Source of the DNA: a virus
Taxonomy: Duplodnaviria; Caudoviricetes
IMG/VR virus record: IMGVR_UViG_3300027924_001186
Location: 1-64,000 of that record
Reading direction: 5' to 3' (one strand)
Length of the DNA: 64,000 bases
This document shows positions 1 through 12,006 of this stretch, in pieces. Below the pieces are notes generated by a model, which was given only the letters and a program-made list of their open reading frames with translations, had not been told where the DNA came from and searched no databases. A program made the translations under genes and the position numbers. Numbering within the stretch: position 1 is the stretch's first letter; the number at the start of each line of letters is the position of its first letter.

Positions 1-656
1 ATCAAATACAGCTATCATTTTAGTATTTTTACCTTTCATCTTTTCACTTATATTATGTTTTTCTTCTTCGGTTAGAATTTTTCCAAAATTAGGATTCTTT
101 TTTCCGAGTTTTGATAATCTATAGTTTTGTTTGTGTTCATTATTTCTTATTTTACCAAAGTTAGGAGATTCTGTTCCGGTTTTACCATACATACCATTTC
201 TTTCCCCTTTCACTTTTTGAGAGATTATATTTTTAGTTTTTAAAGAATGAGATTTTCCGACCAAATCCTCCGTGTTGTTCCATACATTGGATTATTCTCT
301 CCACTCATACTTTTAGAAAAGAGTAATCTAATTCTACTATAAATTTTAGCAGATCTGATATTATTTTTCATTTTCCAAAACGCTTTAATCATTGCGCCAT
401 TTCTAGGAAACGCTTTCCACATCAGATGATGAATGACATAATGAGCCTTAGCAGGAACTTTAAGAAGATTATCCTTTACTTTCTTCCATTCAGGCTTCCA
501 AGATTTAGGAACAATATGATGCGATTCAAAGCCCTTCGGTTTTTTAGAAGGTTCAATAAGAATGAAATGATTTAGAAGTTTAATCAGACGGTTTAAATAA
601 TGGGAATTTGAATTAGGTTGTTCAGTAAGATACTGGACATAAATACTTTTAGGCAT
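1..656 (-). CDS. HNH homing endonuclease with NUMOD3-like repeats (MPKSIYV family); 3' end runs off the window; two +1 insertions
   Basis: ESHHIVPKS...HYVIHHLMW HNH-like motif. Removing the extra bases at 272 and 259 keeps the frame open to position 1 (KSHSLKTKNIISQKVKGERNGMYGK). Confidence 0.8.
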
Positions 657-731
657 GATCGCCTCCTGATAAGGTGATTGTGATTAGGGAATAGAGGTGA
701 CTCGCAATCACCTCTATATCCGTTATTTATA
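638..731. promoter_or_regulatory. Endonuclease leader cassette copy 1 (face-to-face late promoters, hairpin, RBS)
   Basis: CATAAATA (+) 638-645; TATAAATA (-) 724-731; ATAGAGGTGA/TCACCTCTAT stem; AGGAGG RBS on minus strand. Confidence 0.75.
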
Positions 732-741
732 GGAGTAAATT

Positions 742-900
742 ATGAAAACATTCAAAGAATTTGTTAAAAATACGAAAACTTCTCAAGAAAAACAGAGAGA
801 ATCTGCTACTCAAAATAACGATGATACTGCTAATGATGCTAATTTGAAACAAGGATTAGAACAATCTGCTCAAATATCAGCATTCCAAAAAACCGAGTAA
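742..900 (+). CDS. 52-aa protein with capsid-targeting-like N-terminus (MKTFKEFVKN)
   Basis: ORF read by eye, AGGAG RBS; N-terminus matches T4 IPI MKTFKEF. Confidence 0.6.
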   Translation: MKTFKEFVKNTKTSQEKQRESATQNNDDTANDANLKQGLEQSAQISAFQKTE

Positions 901-906
901 AATATT

Positions 907-2373
907 ATGATTCGAATTGAAAAAGTAGATGAATTAACCGTTAAAATTTTTTGCGAAAAAAACATTGCGATGGAAATTTCTGAAAAATTTACTTTTCAAG
1001 TACCTGGATATCAATATACCCCCAAATATAAAAAAGGACTTTGGGATGGACAAATCAGATTATTCAATTTAAGGAATGGTAATTTACCTCTGGGCCTTTT
1101 AGTTGATCTATTAAGATTTATTCAAGAAAATAAATGGGAAATGACCATTGATAAGAGTCTTAAATTAGAAAATTTTGATTTAGAAATAGAAAAATTTTTA
1201 GAAAAAGTTTTGCCTGATCTTATATTAGAACCTTATGATTATCAAATGACAAGTTTTATTAAGTCTATTCGATTGAATAGATCTTTAATACTCTCTCCAA
1301 CCGGAAGTGGAAAATCTTATATCATCTATCTAATCATACGATTCCTCTTAAATCATGTACATGGAAAGATTCTTGTATCAGTGCCATCTATAAATTTAGT
1401 TCGTCAACTTCATACAGATTTCTGCTCGTATGAAAGTAATCGTTTCATCTGCGATCAGTGCTACGAGTTGCTTTCCGGTGCATCCAAGCAAACATCTAGA
1501 CGTGTAGTGATTGCCACTTGGGCGATGTTATATCGACAAGATGTGACTTTCTTTACGCAATTCGATGTCTTTATATGCGACGAAGCACACCAAGCCGACT
1601 CCATGGCTCTCGGTAAGATCATCAGCATGATGCCTCATGTTCGTTATAGGTTCGGGTTTACAGGCACTCTAGATGGAAGCAAGACGCACGAACTGCAATG
1701 CCGAGCCTGGTTCGGTTCGCTCATCAAATCATCGTCGACGAAAGATCTGATGGATAAAGGATTGCTTAGCACTTTGGAAATACAATCACTCTCTATCGAA
1801 TACTCAGAGAAAGACAGACAGGAGATGAAAGCATCTGACTATCAAACGGAGATCTCTTTCATCGTCAGTCATCCTCAGCGAAACGAGTTTCTGGTTGATT
1901 TAGCGCTCAGTCAACCCAATAACACCTTATTGCTTTTCAATCTAATCGAAAGACACGGCGAAGTCATCTTCAAGTTAGCGGAAAAGAAAGCCCAGGAGAA
2001 GGGAAAGAAAGTATTCTTCATATCCGGGGATACCGGAGTCGACAGACGCGAGTACATTCGTCAAACCATGGAGAGGGAAAATGATGTCGTCTTGTTCGCC
2101 TCATTCGGAACTTTAGCGGTTGGAGTGAATATCAAAAATCTCGGTTGTTTGATATTCGCTCACCCTTATAAAGCCCGAATACGAACTCTACAATCTATAG
2201 GTAGGGCACTTAGGAAGTTGATAGGGAAAGAGAAGGCTATTTTATTTGATATCTGTGATAATCTTTCGATTGGTAAACATACCAATTTTGCCTTAAAACA
2301 TGCGTTAGAAAGATTGAAGATTTATGAATTAGAAGGATTTGATATAAAATATGAATCTATTCAATTTTTGTAA
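907..2373 (+). CDS. uvsW: UvsW SF2 DNA helicase
   Basis: FTFQVPGYQYTPKYKKGLWDGQIRLF, SPTGSGKS Walker A, DEAH, QSIGR motif VI. Confidence 0.93.
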   Translation: MIRIEKVDELTVKIFCEKNIAMEISEKFTFQVPGYQYTPKYKKGLWDGQIRLFNLRNGNLPLGLLVDLLRFIQENKWEMTIDKSLKLENFDLEIEKFLEKVLPDLILEPYDYQMTSFIKSIRLNRSLILSPTGSGKSYIIYLIIRFLLNHVHGKILVSVPSINLVRQLHTDFCSYESNRFICDQCYELLSGASKQTSRRVVIATWAMLYRQDVTFFTQFDVFICDEAHQADSMALGKIISMMPHVRYRFGFTGTLDGSKTHELQCRAWFGSLIKSSSTKDLMDKGLLSTLEIQSLSIEYSEKDRQEMKASDYQTEISFIVSHPQRNEFLVDLALSQPNNTLLLFNLIERHGEVIFKLAEKKAQEKGKKVFFISGDTGVDRREYIRQTMERENDVVLFASFGTLAVGVNIKNLGCLIFAHPYKARIRTLQSIGRALRKLIGKEKAILFDICDNLSIGKHTNFALKHALERLKIYELEGFDIKYESIQFL

Positions 2374-3101
2374 GGTATTTCTTTTTCTCTTTGACGTCTT
2401 CTAATTTGACTATCTCTCATCTTCTTTTTAGTTTTTTCAGATAGAGTTTTTCCAAGTTTGGCTTTGCTTATATTCTGTTTATGTTCTACAGACTGGTGTT
2501 TTCCGAAGAATGGGCTATTTTTACCGCTTCATTGCTTCACTTCTCTTTTTATTTGATTCTTCTGATCTTGGATAACGATTCTTTCCGCTTCATTGCTTCG
2601 CTTTGATTCTTTTTCCATTCTTCAGTCTTAGGTCTCCTCATTTTCTGTTTTGATTCTTCTGAGTGAGTTTTTCCAAGATGCGATTTTCTCATTTTTTGTT
2701 TAATTTCTTCAGATAGATGGATTCCGTTTTTGTGACTTACTTTGAACTTCGCTAACTTCAATTTTTAAGACTTCATAAACTTTAGCCGTGATTTTTTCAT
2801 CTAATCTATTACTCATTTGATAGAAGGCTTTAATCATCGCATAGTCTTTAGGAAACGCTTTCCACATCAGGTGATGGATGACATAATGAGCCTTAGCAGG
2901 AACTTTAAGAAGATTATCTTTTTCAAACTCCCACTCAGGTTTCCACGATTTAGGAACGATATGATGACACTCGAAGCCTTTCGGTTTATCTTTGGGTTCT
3001 ATAGAGATGAAATGATTTAGTAACTTGACAAGTCGAGTTAGATAGTGTATATTGGATTTAGGTTGTTGAGATAGATGCTCAACATAAATACTTTTAGGCA
3101 T
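2361..3101 (-). CDS. HNH homing endonuclease with NUMOD3 repeats (MPKSIYV family); three +1 insertions
   Basis: Paralog of 1-656. ORFs 2709-3101 and 2549-2761 join into 245 aa after removing extra bases at 2726, 2587, 2526. Confidence 0.8.
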
Positions 3102-3174
3102 GATAGCCTCCCAGAAAGGTTATTGTGATTAGGGTATAGTATGACTCGCAATCATCCTATACCCATTATTTATA
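3083..3174. promoter_or_regulatory. Endonuclease leader cassette copy 2
   Basis: CATAAATA (+) 3083; GGCATGATAGCCTCC...AGGTTATTGTGATTA; GGGTATAG/CTATACCC stem; TATAAATA (-) 3167-3174 abutting the gp55 RBS. Confidence 0.75.
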
Positions 3175-3183
3175 GGAGAAAAT

Positions 3184-3619
3184 ATGTCAAATTATATTGA
3201 TAATGATAAGTTTCAGAGTATCATCCAAAAATATCATGAAAGGAAAAAGGAAAATCCGAATGAAAAGATTCCTGAAGAAGCGGGAAAAATGATTATTCTT
3301 ATGGCTAATAAATTGGCAACTCGTTATGTATTCAACCGGCTATACCTTCAAGGAAGAAATGATAAACGATGCCATTCTCAGAGCTATAGAAGTTTTTGAT
3401 AACTATAATTCTGAAAAATACTCTCGCCCGTTCGCATATTTTACCTTGGTGATGTGGAGAACTTTTTTACAACGAATACAGAAAGAAAAACAAGAGAGAA
3501 CGAAAAGGGAGAAACTGGTTATGGTCGATGATATTTTTTCCCTCCAAGAAGGTGACGATTGCTATGTGAACAAGGATTCTTTAATTCAAGATTATGTCTT
3601 TAACTCATATGACGAATAG
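3184..3619 (+). CDS. 55: Late-transcription sigma factor gp55; one +1 insertion at 3336/3337
   Basis: ORFs 3184-3399 and 3326-3619 fuse to ...ATRYVFN-GYTFKEEMINDAI...PFAYFTLVMWRTFLQRIQKEK (144 aa); upstream of gp47/46 as in T4-like phages. Confidence 0.88.
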
Positions 3620-3622
3620 CCT

Positions 3623-4675
3623 ATGAAAATCGCAATTATCACGGATCTGCATTGGGGAGTCAGAAACAACAGTCAGTTCTTCATCGACAAGCAAGAAGAT
3701 TTCCTCTATAACCAATTCATCCCCTATCTAATCGAACACCAGATAGACACCATCTGGATGCTGGGAGATTTCTTTGAAAACAGGAAGATGATATCCACTC
3801 AAGTTCTGAATAAGGCTCACCAATTCCTTCAAAAACTCGAAGATCTCGATATCCGCTCGTACTTCTTAATCGGCAATCATGATGTAGCATTCAAAAACAC
3901 CAATACGGTGAATAGTCTGGTACCGGTTACTAAAGCATTCGAGAAGATTCACCTAATCGAAAAGTACGAGGTTATCGATTTTGATGGATTATCCGTGGGG
4001 TTTATCAGCTGGATCAGCCCCGAGATATACTCAGAAGCCTTGAAGTGGATAATGAGTCTCGATGCGAAGGTTTTGTGCGGTCACTTCGAGATTAACTCCT
4101 TCGAGATCATCAAGGGAGTGGTTTGCAGTAAAGGTATCGATAGCACCATCTTTGAAAGGTTCGACAAAGTCTTTTCGGGGCATTTCCATATCAGAGCCAC
4201 CAACGGAACCATTCAGTATATCGGTAATCCCTATCAGACGAATTGGGGAGAGTATGGATATCCGAAAGGGTTTGCCGTATTCGACACTCGCTCTAAATCG
4301 ATAGAGTTTATCGACAATACGATATCTTCCTATGAAATTTTACAGTATGATGACGACATCGAGATCGGGCTTTTCGATAGAGAGAGATTTGCCGGTAAGA
4401 TAGTCAGAGTGATAGTTGACGTCTGTAAAAATAAAAAGAAACTCGAAGTTCTTCTGGATTCGATTGGTCAGGTGTCCTATTCTTTGGATGTGATAGAAAA
4501 CAAAGAGGTTGTCGTATCCGACGACAACCAGGAAGCGATACCATCGGATACCATACAACTCATCCAGCAGTTCCTCGAAACTTGCAAGATTGATCATCTC
4601 GATAAGAACCAACTCACTGAGATAATCTTGGGTATCTATTCTGAAGCAGTAGAAAAAGGAGTTTCTGAATGTTAA
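3623..4675 (+). CDS. 47: gp47 Mre11/SbcD-like recombination nuclease
   Basis: TDLHWG, LGDFF, GNHD, GHFE, SGHFH metallophosphoesterase motifs. Confidence 0.93.
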   Translation: MKIAIITDLHWGVRNNSQFFIDKQEDFLYNQFIPYLIEHQIDTIWMLGDFFENRKMISTQVLNKAHQFLQKLEDLDIRSYFLIGNHDVAFKNTNTVNSLVPVTKAFEKIHLIEKYEVIDFDGLSVGFISWISPEIYSEALKWIMSLDAKVLCGHFEINSFEIIKGVVCSKGIDSTIFERFDKVFSGHFHIRATNGTIQYIGNPYQTNWGEYGYPKGFAVFDTRSKSIEFIDNTISSYEILQYDDDIEIGLFDRERFAGKIVRVIVDVCKNKKKLEVLLDSIGQVSYSLDVIENKEVVVSDDNQEAIPSDTIQLIQQFLETCKIDHLDKNQLTEIILGIYSEAVEKGVSEC

Positions 4676-6411
4676 AATTCAAACAACTTCGATTTAAGAA
4701 TGTTCTGTCTTTTGGCAACATGTGGACGACTATAGATTTCTCGGATACATCGTCAGTTCTCATTCAAGGTAGTAATGGCTCCGGGAAAAGTGCGTCCATT
4801 CTTGACAGTCTGACTTTTGTTCTTTACGGTAAACCGTTTAGAAAGATCAACAAGTCTGCGTTGGTAAACAATAAGAACAAGAAGGAGATGATCGTTGAGG
4901 TTTGGTTTACCGACGAAAGAAACGAAGAGTACCATGTTATAAGAGGATTAAACCCATCCGTTTTTGAGATAAGACAAGGTGAGGAAGATACCTTAGTTAA
5001 TCAAGACCCTAATGTTCGAGACTACCAAGTCTATCTGGAAAAACAGATCCTTAAGATGGACTTTCAAATGTTCACACAGATTGTGGTGTTAGGAAAAGCC
5101 ACCTATGTGGCGTTCTTAAGACTGGCTCAAAACGAAAGAAGGAAGTTCATCGAAAACCTTCTCAACCTATCTATCTTCTCCGTAATGAACGATGTGACCA
5201 AGGCTAAGATGAGCGAAGTTAAGAATAGGCTCATGGTCATCAGGAACTCTTTACAACTCTTGAAGAATCAAATAGAGATGTCGGAGAACCACATTACCGA
5301 TTTGGAACAGGAATCGATTAGGCGACAAATAGAACACGAAAAGATTATTGACGAACAGATTAGAGAAATACAGGGTGAAATCGAAACGATACAGGTGGAA
5401 ATAGAGGAGAAGAAGAAAGGGCTTCTTGAGATTGATGATGATTTAGAGGCTTTGAACAGAAAATTAGAAACCTGCTACGATATCCAATCCAAGATAAACT
5501 CTAAAATCAGCGACACCAAGAAGAAGATCCAGTTCTTTTCACAAAACAGCATCTGCCCGACTTGCGATAACGAGATAGATACCAATATCAGACAGAATAA
5601 GATTTCGCAGTTTAACCAGAAAGAGCAAGAGCTGGCTTCGGCACAAGACCAGTTATCCAGCAAGACTTCGGCGATCTTATCCGGCATCACTGCTATCCAA
5701 AAGAGAATGGAAAGCAATAGAAGGCTTGAGCAGCAAATCATTCTTCTTGAGCAGACGATACAGCAGAAATTGAGTGCTATTGCGCGAATCGAAAAGAGTA
5801 AGATGACCAAAATCTTATCCAACGATGACATGATTAGAGAGTATAAGAAAGAGCTTGCCGACTTGATTGCCTCAAGAGAAAGTCAGAATGACGAAAGAAC
5901 CGCCGCCAATTCACAACAAGATTGTTACGATTTTATCTTATCTATGCTTAAGGACAGCGGCATCAAAACCTCTATCATCAAGAGACATATTCCAAACATT
6001 GTGGCAACGACTAACCACTACCTTAGAGCTTTGGGTCTTTTCGTTAGATTTGAACTAAATGATAGTTTTGAAGAATCTCTATTAGGAAGAGGGATTGACC
6101 ATATCACCTATAACGCTTATTCTGAGGGAGAAAAACTTCGAATAGATTTAGCGCTGCTTTTGACATGGAGAGACTTGCTTAGAAAACAGAACAACTTATC
6201 TGTCAACTTCATCATTTTTGATGAGATTTTGGATAGCTCTGCCGATTCTAGCGGCATCGAAAGTCTACTTGACATCTTCAAGACGATGAAAAACGAAGGC
6301 ACCAAAATTTTCGTGATATCACATTCGGGATCTTGGACTGAAAGTTTTGATCAGATTTGGTTGATAGAAAAAACTGGAGGATTTTCAACAATTAAAACTC
6401 AATCCGATTGA
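4669..6411 (+). CDS. 46: gp46 Rad50/SbcC-like ATPase
   Basis: GSNGSGKS Walker A, coiled coil with CPTC zinc hook, YSEGEKLRIDL signature, IFDEILD, VISH. Confidence 0.94.
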   Translation: MLKFKQLRFKNVLSFGNMWTTIDFSDTSSVLIQGSNGSGKSASILDSLTFVLYGKPFRKINKSALVNNKNKKEMIVEVWFTDERNEEYHVIRGLNPSVFEIRQGEEDTLVNQDPNVRDYQVYLEKQILKMDFQMFTQIVVLGKATYVAFLRLAQNERRKFIENLLNLSIFSVMNDVTKAKMSEVKNRLMVIRNSLQLLKNQIEMSENHITDLEQESIRRQIEHEKIIDEQIREIQGEIETIQVEIEEKKKGLLEIDDDLEALNRKLETCYDIQSKINSKISDTKKKIQFFSQNSICPTCDNEIDTNIRQNKISQFNQKEQELASAQDQLSSKTSAILSGITAIQKRMESNRRLEQQIILLEQTIQQKLSAIARIEKSKMTKILSNDDMIREYKKELADLIASRESQNDERTAANSQQDCYDFILSMLKDSGIKTSIIKRHIPNIVATTNHYLRALGLFVRFELNDSFEESLLGRGIDHITYNAYSEGEKLRIDLALLLTWRDLLRKQNNLSVNFIIFDEILDSSADSSGIESLLDIFKTMKNEGTKIFVISHSGSWTESFDQIWLIEKTGGFSTIKTQSD

Positions 6412-6415
6412 AGGC

Positions 6416-6444
6416 TTGACAAACCGTTTAGTAGGTGTTATAAT
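6416..6444 (+). promoter_or_regulatory. Sigma70-type promoter upstream of gp45
   Basis: TTGACA-N17-TATAAT exact consensus. Confidence 0.75.
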
Positions 6445-6504
6445 AACAATTAACATTATGTCCGCTACCCGAAACATCAACCGTTAGAACCTAAGAGGTA
6501 TATT

Positions 6505-7161
6505 ATGAAGCTATCTAAAATTACTATCGATATCCTGAAGAACTTCGCTAGCATCAATCAGGGTATCCTATTCAAAGCCGGCAAGGAACTTCGAACAATG
6601 AATGTGATGAAGAACATCTTCGCCGTTGCACAAATCACCGACGAAATCCCGAATGATTTTGCCATCTACGATCTAAACGAGTTCCTCTCATCTTATTCGC
6701 TCTTCGAAGGCTGTGATGTGGTGTTCAAAGACACCATGTTGGTATTCGAAAACCCCGGAGAGCAGATCGACTATCACTACTCAAGTCCTTCTGTAGTGGT
6801 ATCTCCGGGCGATAAGAAGATACGTCTACCGTCCGAAGATAAGAAGTTCACTTTAACCAAGGAAGTCTTTGATAAGATTCAAAAGTCTTCAGCGGTAATG
6901 AAGTTGAAAGATCTTTCGATTGACTGCTCGGGTATTACCATTTTCAACCGTAATGCAGTGGGCAACAAGCATCACATCTCTTTGAATGTAGAATGTGGCG
7001 ATAGTTCAGCACAGGCACCGTCGTTCATTAAGGTAGAAAACCTTAAACTGATTCCGGTTGATTACGATGTGGTGATCTGTAATAAGGGTCTTAGCAGGTT
7101 CACGAGCCGAAGCGAAGAGTATAAGATCGAATACCACATTGCGCTTGAGATAGATGGATAA
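6505..7161 (+). CDS. 45: gp45 sliding clamp
   Basis: MKLSKITIDILKNFASINQGILF...FAIYDLNEFLS, typical gp45 N-terminus. Confidence 0.92.
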   Translation: MKLSKITIDILKNFASINQGILFKAGKELRTMNVMKNIFAVAQITDEIPNDFAIYDLNEFLSSYSLFEGCDVVFKDTMLVFENPGEQIDYHYSSPSVVVSPGDKKIRLPSEDKKFTLTKEVFDKIQKSSAVMKLKDLSIDCSGITIFNRNAVGNKHHISLNVECGDSSAQAPSFIKVENLKLIPVDYDVVICNKGLSRFTSRSEEYKIEYHIALEIDG

Positions 7162-7172
7162 AGGATACTGCC

Positions 7173-8492
7173 ATGTTTTTAGATGATATGCCATTAACAT
7201 TATCTAACGACGAAGCACCATCATACTCTAGTATAACTACCACCACAGCTAGTGATATGAATAGAGGGGTTGCATTAACATTCGATGATGTTAGTGTCAT
7301 TCCACAGTATTCGGAGGTTCTGCCCTCCGAAGTAGATACCTCAGTTCAATTGACCCCCGAAATCAATCTGAAGGTTCCGATTATTTCTGCGGCTATGGAT
7401 ACGGTAACCGAGTATAAAATGGCTATAGCTCTCGCACAACTCGGTGGGCTCGGTGTGATACACAAGAATATGAGTATCGATGATCAGACTCGCCATGTTA
7501 GAATGGTTAAAAGACACGATGGCGGGGTTGTTAAAGACCCAATCACCGTTAACGATTATCATGCTTTGAGCGAAGTGAAAGCTCTATCCGAAGTTTCGGG
7601 TTTCAACAGTTTTCCGGTAGTTATGAATTATACGCGATATGACTCCTCTAAGAAAGTTTTAATCGGATTCTTAACGGCAAGAGACATTAGGTTTCAAACC
7701 GATGATAACATAACCGTCGAGCAGATTATGACACCTTATTCCAAACTCGTGGTGGCAACAGAAGAAATGGCACGAGATCAAATGCGAGATCTGATGTATC
7801 AGTTCAAAGTGGAAAAGATGCCGGTTGTGAAGATGGAAGGAGATACACCTATTCTTAAAGGTTTAATCACCATGAAGGATATGGAGATCATGGATAAGAT
7901 GCCGAACGCCACTCGAGATAAGGATAGACGATTGATGGTAGCAGCAGCCGTCGGAGTTTCGGATAAGGAGAAAGAGAGAGTTGCTGAATTGGTTAGTGCT
8001 GGAGTCGATGCTCTGGTAGTGGATAGCGCTCACGGACACTCGAGAAGAGTTATCGAGATGGTAGAATGGATTGCCGACAATTATCCAGAGGTTGGAATCA
8101 TCGCAGGCAATGTGGTGACCGCCGAAGGAGTAGAAGCGCTCTATCAAGCCGGAGCTAATTGCGTGAAAGTCGGGATAGGCCCGGGATGCTTCGTTCCAGG
8201 AACGAGAGTGACAACTCGAAATGGAATGACACCGATCGAAGAGATAGACGAAGGTGTAGAAGTTCTCACTCATCGTGGTAGATGGAAGAAGGTAGTTGGT
8301 AAGTCTACTTTCTCCGATAAGAAAGAGGTAACGGTGGTTAATGGTATCGCATCTACAACCGATCACAAATATTATGTCATTCATAAACGACATAAATCTT
8401 CTGTAACTGACGATAATCTACATTCGCTCGCAGAATGGATCGAAGCGAAAGATTTAACTAAAGATTATCTACTAATCAAACCGAAAGGATAG
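7173..8492 (+). CDS. guaB: IMP dehydrogenase N-terminal part fused to split intein N-half (intein starts at Cys, 8187)
   Basis: LTFDDV, SAAMDTVTE, GGLGVIHKN, CBS domains, DSAHGHS, KVGIGPG, then CFVPGTRV...TTDHKYYV intein blocks A/B, 101 aa to the stop. Confidence 0.93.
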   Translation: MFLDDMPLTLSNDEAPSYSSITTTTASDMNRGVALTFDDVSVIPQYSEVLPSEVDTSVQLTPEINLKVPIISAAMDTVTEYKMAIALAQLGGLGVIHKNMSIDDQTRHVRMVKRHDGGVVKDPITVNDYHALSEVKALSEVSGFNSFPVVMNYTRYDSSKKVLIGFLTARDIRFQTDDNITVEQIMTPYSKLVVATEEMARDQMRDLMYQFKVEKMPVVKMEGDTPILKGLITMKDMEIMDKMPNATRDKDRRLMVAAAVGVSDKEKERVAELVSAGVDALVVDSAHGHSRRVIEMVEWIADNYPEVGIIAGNVVTAEGVEALYQAGANCVKVGIGPGCFVPGTRVTTRNGMTPIEEIDEGVEVLTHRGRWKKVVGKSTFSDKKEVTVVNGIASTTDHKYYVIHKRHKSSVTDDNLHSLAEWIEAKDLTKDYLLIKPKG

Positions 8493-8497
8493 ACGAT

Positions 8498-8636
8498 ATG
8501 GAATCATTCAAAGATTTTATCAAAGAAATGGATGCTAAAAAGAAACAGGAAAGGAAGAAGGAAGAACTTGGAGATGAGAAAGCGGTTTCCGATAAGAAAT
8601 CTCCTTTTCAGGTTCAACCTGCCACCGTGGTGTCTG

Positions 8637-8644
<8 letters not shown>
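8498..8644 (+). CDS. 48-aa protein with capsid-targeting-like N-terminus (MESFKDFIKE), inside the fractured guaB
   Basis: ORF read by eye; its stop overlaps the ATG at 8637 of the next gene. Confidence 0.55.
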
Positions 8645-10853
<2,209 letters not shown>

Positions 10854-10912
10854 TATTCGGGGAGAATAAGGCAGGGCCATTATAGATAAACCTCAATGAT
10901 TAAGGAGTTGAA

Positions 10913-11839
10913 ATGAAAAAAATTCTTTGTTCTTTAGCACTTTGTTTTGGATTGATAGGACCGGCGTTGGCCGTTCAAACGTGTCCGCCTCCAGGGTTTG
11001 GTCCATGGGCCGAAGGCTGCGTGACAGACCCAGACGAAACCGTCGTGGTTCCTTATTTTAACACTCGCAATAATTGGAGTGCTCGCTATTCTATCCTCAA
11101 TCCGACGGATAAGAAAGTCGCTGTTACGGTTAGGGCGGTCGATGTTGACGGTTATGTTCGAGCTTACAACCACTATGTTTTAGGTCCTAATGACATGATC
11201 GTTTCAAGTATCGGTAAGGGATCTAAAGCCGGGTCATCTTTCTGGTATGTTCCTGAAAACGAAAAAAGCTGTCAGTTCTACGCTAACAGCGAGTTCGACA
11301 TCGATGAAGGATATCTGACGATCACTTCGGAAGACTTCACCACTTTCGGTCCTGGTGGATTCTGCGGAAACGATTATGAATTGACCAATGTTAAAAATCT
11401 AAGTTACGAATATACTCTTTGGACGGAGAAGGAGACTTTGCTGAATGACTATCGTGAGTTGCCGTCTTTACAAGACCCGGTTCGAACTGTATGGACTAGA
11501 AACAGCGGTCGTGCGACTGATTGGGTAGTCAACCTCAAAACTTCTCCTGGTTATGGTCAGTGCGCCGACTTCGAGTATCTTGTATCTAATCGAGACGGTG
11601 TCAGTTTCCAGACGTATGATGTTGCCGAGCCAGGACCAGCAGGCTACGCCAACTTCAAACTATGTCATAAAGTCAACGTGATTCACTTCGGCAAACCTAT
11701 CTTGGATACTCAAGTGGGGGTTCAAGCGGAAGATCAGATGCCTTTCTTGAACAATACTGCTGTTTTCAACGACCCTAACGCTGGTTGGGCTCAATTGATG
11801 ACTGAGGGGAGAGGTGTTTCGATTCGAAGCGAGTACTAA
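10913..11839 (+). CDS. Secreted protein resembling proteobacterial cell-surface proteins
   Basis: Signal peptide MKKILCSLALCFGLIGPALA; VVVPYFNT...SILNPTDKKVAVTVR...LGPND segment. Confidence 0.5.
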   Translation: MKKILCSLALCFGLIGPALAVQTCPPPGFGPWAEGCVTDPDETVVVPYFNTRNNWSARYSILNPTDKKVAVTVRAVDVDGYVRAYNHYVLGPNDMIVSSIGKGSKAGSSFWYVPENEKSCQFYANSEFDIDEGYLTITSEDFTTFGPGGFCGNDYELTNVKNLSYEYTLWTEKETLLNDYRELPSLQDPVRTVWTRNSGRATDWVVNLKTSPGYGQCADFEYLVSNRDGVSFQTYDVAEPGPAGYANFKLCHKVNVIHFGKPILDTQVGVQAEDQMPFLNNTAVFNDPNAGWAQLMTEGRGVSIRSEY

Positions 11840-11847
11840 TCAATAAG

Positions 11848-11975
11848 CGATCAGGCTTGCCACCAAACGGTGCAGTCTTTACGACTCACGCGCTCAACGC
11901 TCGACCTGATCAGCGGCCTTAGCCTAGAAGGGCTTGAAATCTTCGCGCCGTCCGGAGACTAGGTAGGCGGCACCC
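11848..11975 (+). ncRNA. Candidate structured RNA leader upstream of prs
   Basis: GATCAGG/CCTGATC and CCTAG/CTAGG enclosing stems with inner hairpins in a 165-nt gap; no family recognised. Confidence 0.3.
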
Positions 11976-12006
11976 TTTCACTTTAATCATACAAAGGTAA
12001 GCGCCT

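Noticed and set aside
8532-8636. 105-nt N-terminal extension of the Vsr-like ORF
   Set aside because: It overlaps the better-supported 8498-8644 ORF; ATG 8637 is the likelier start.
11845-12005. tRNA or known riboswitch upstream of prs
   Set aside because: No GTTCRA T-loop or cloverleaf; conserved ZTP, ykkC, purine and preQ1 cores were not found.
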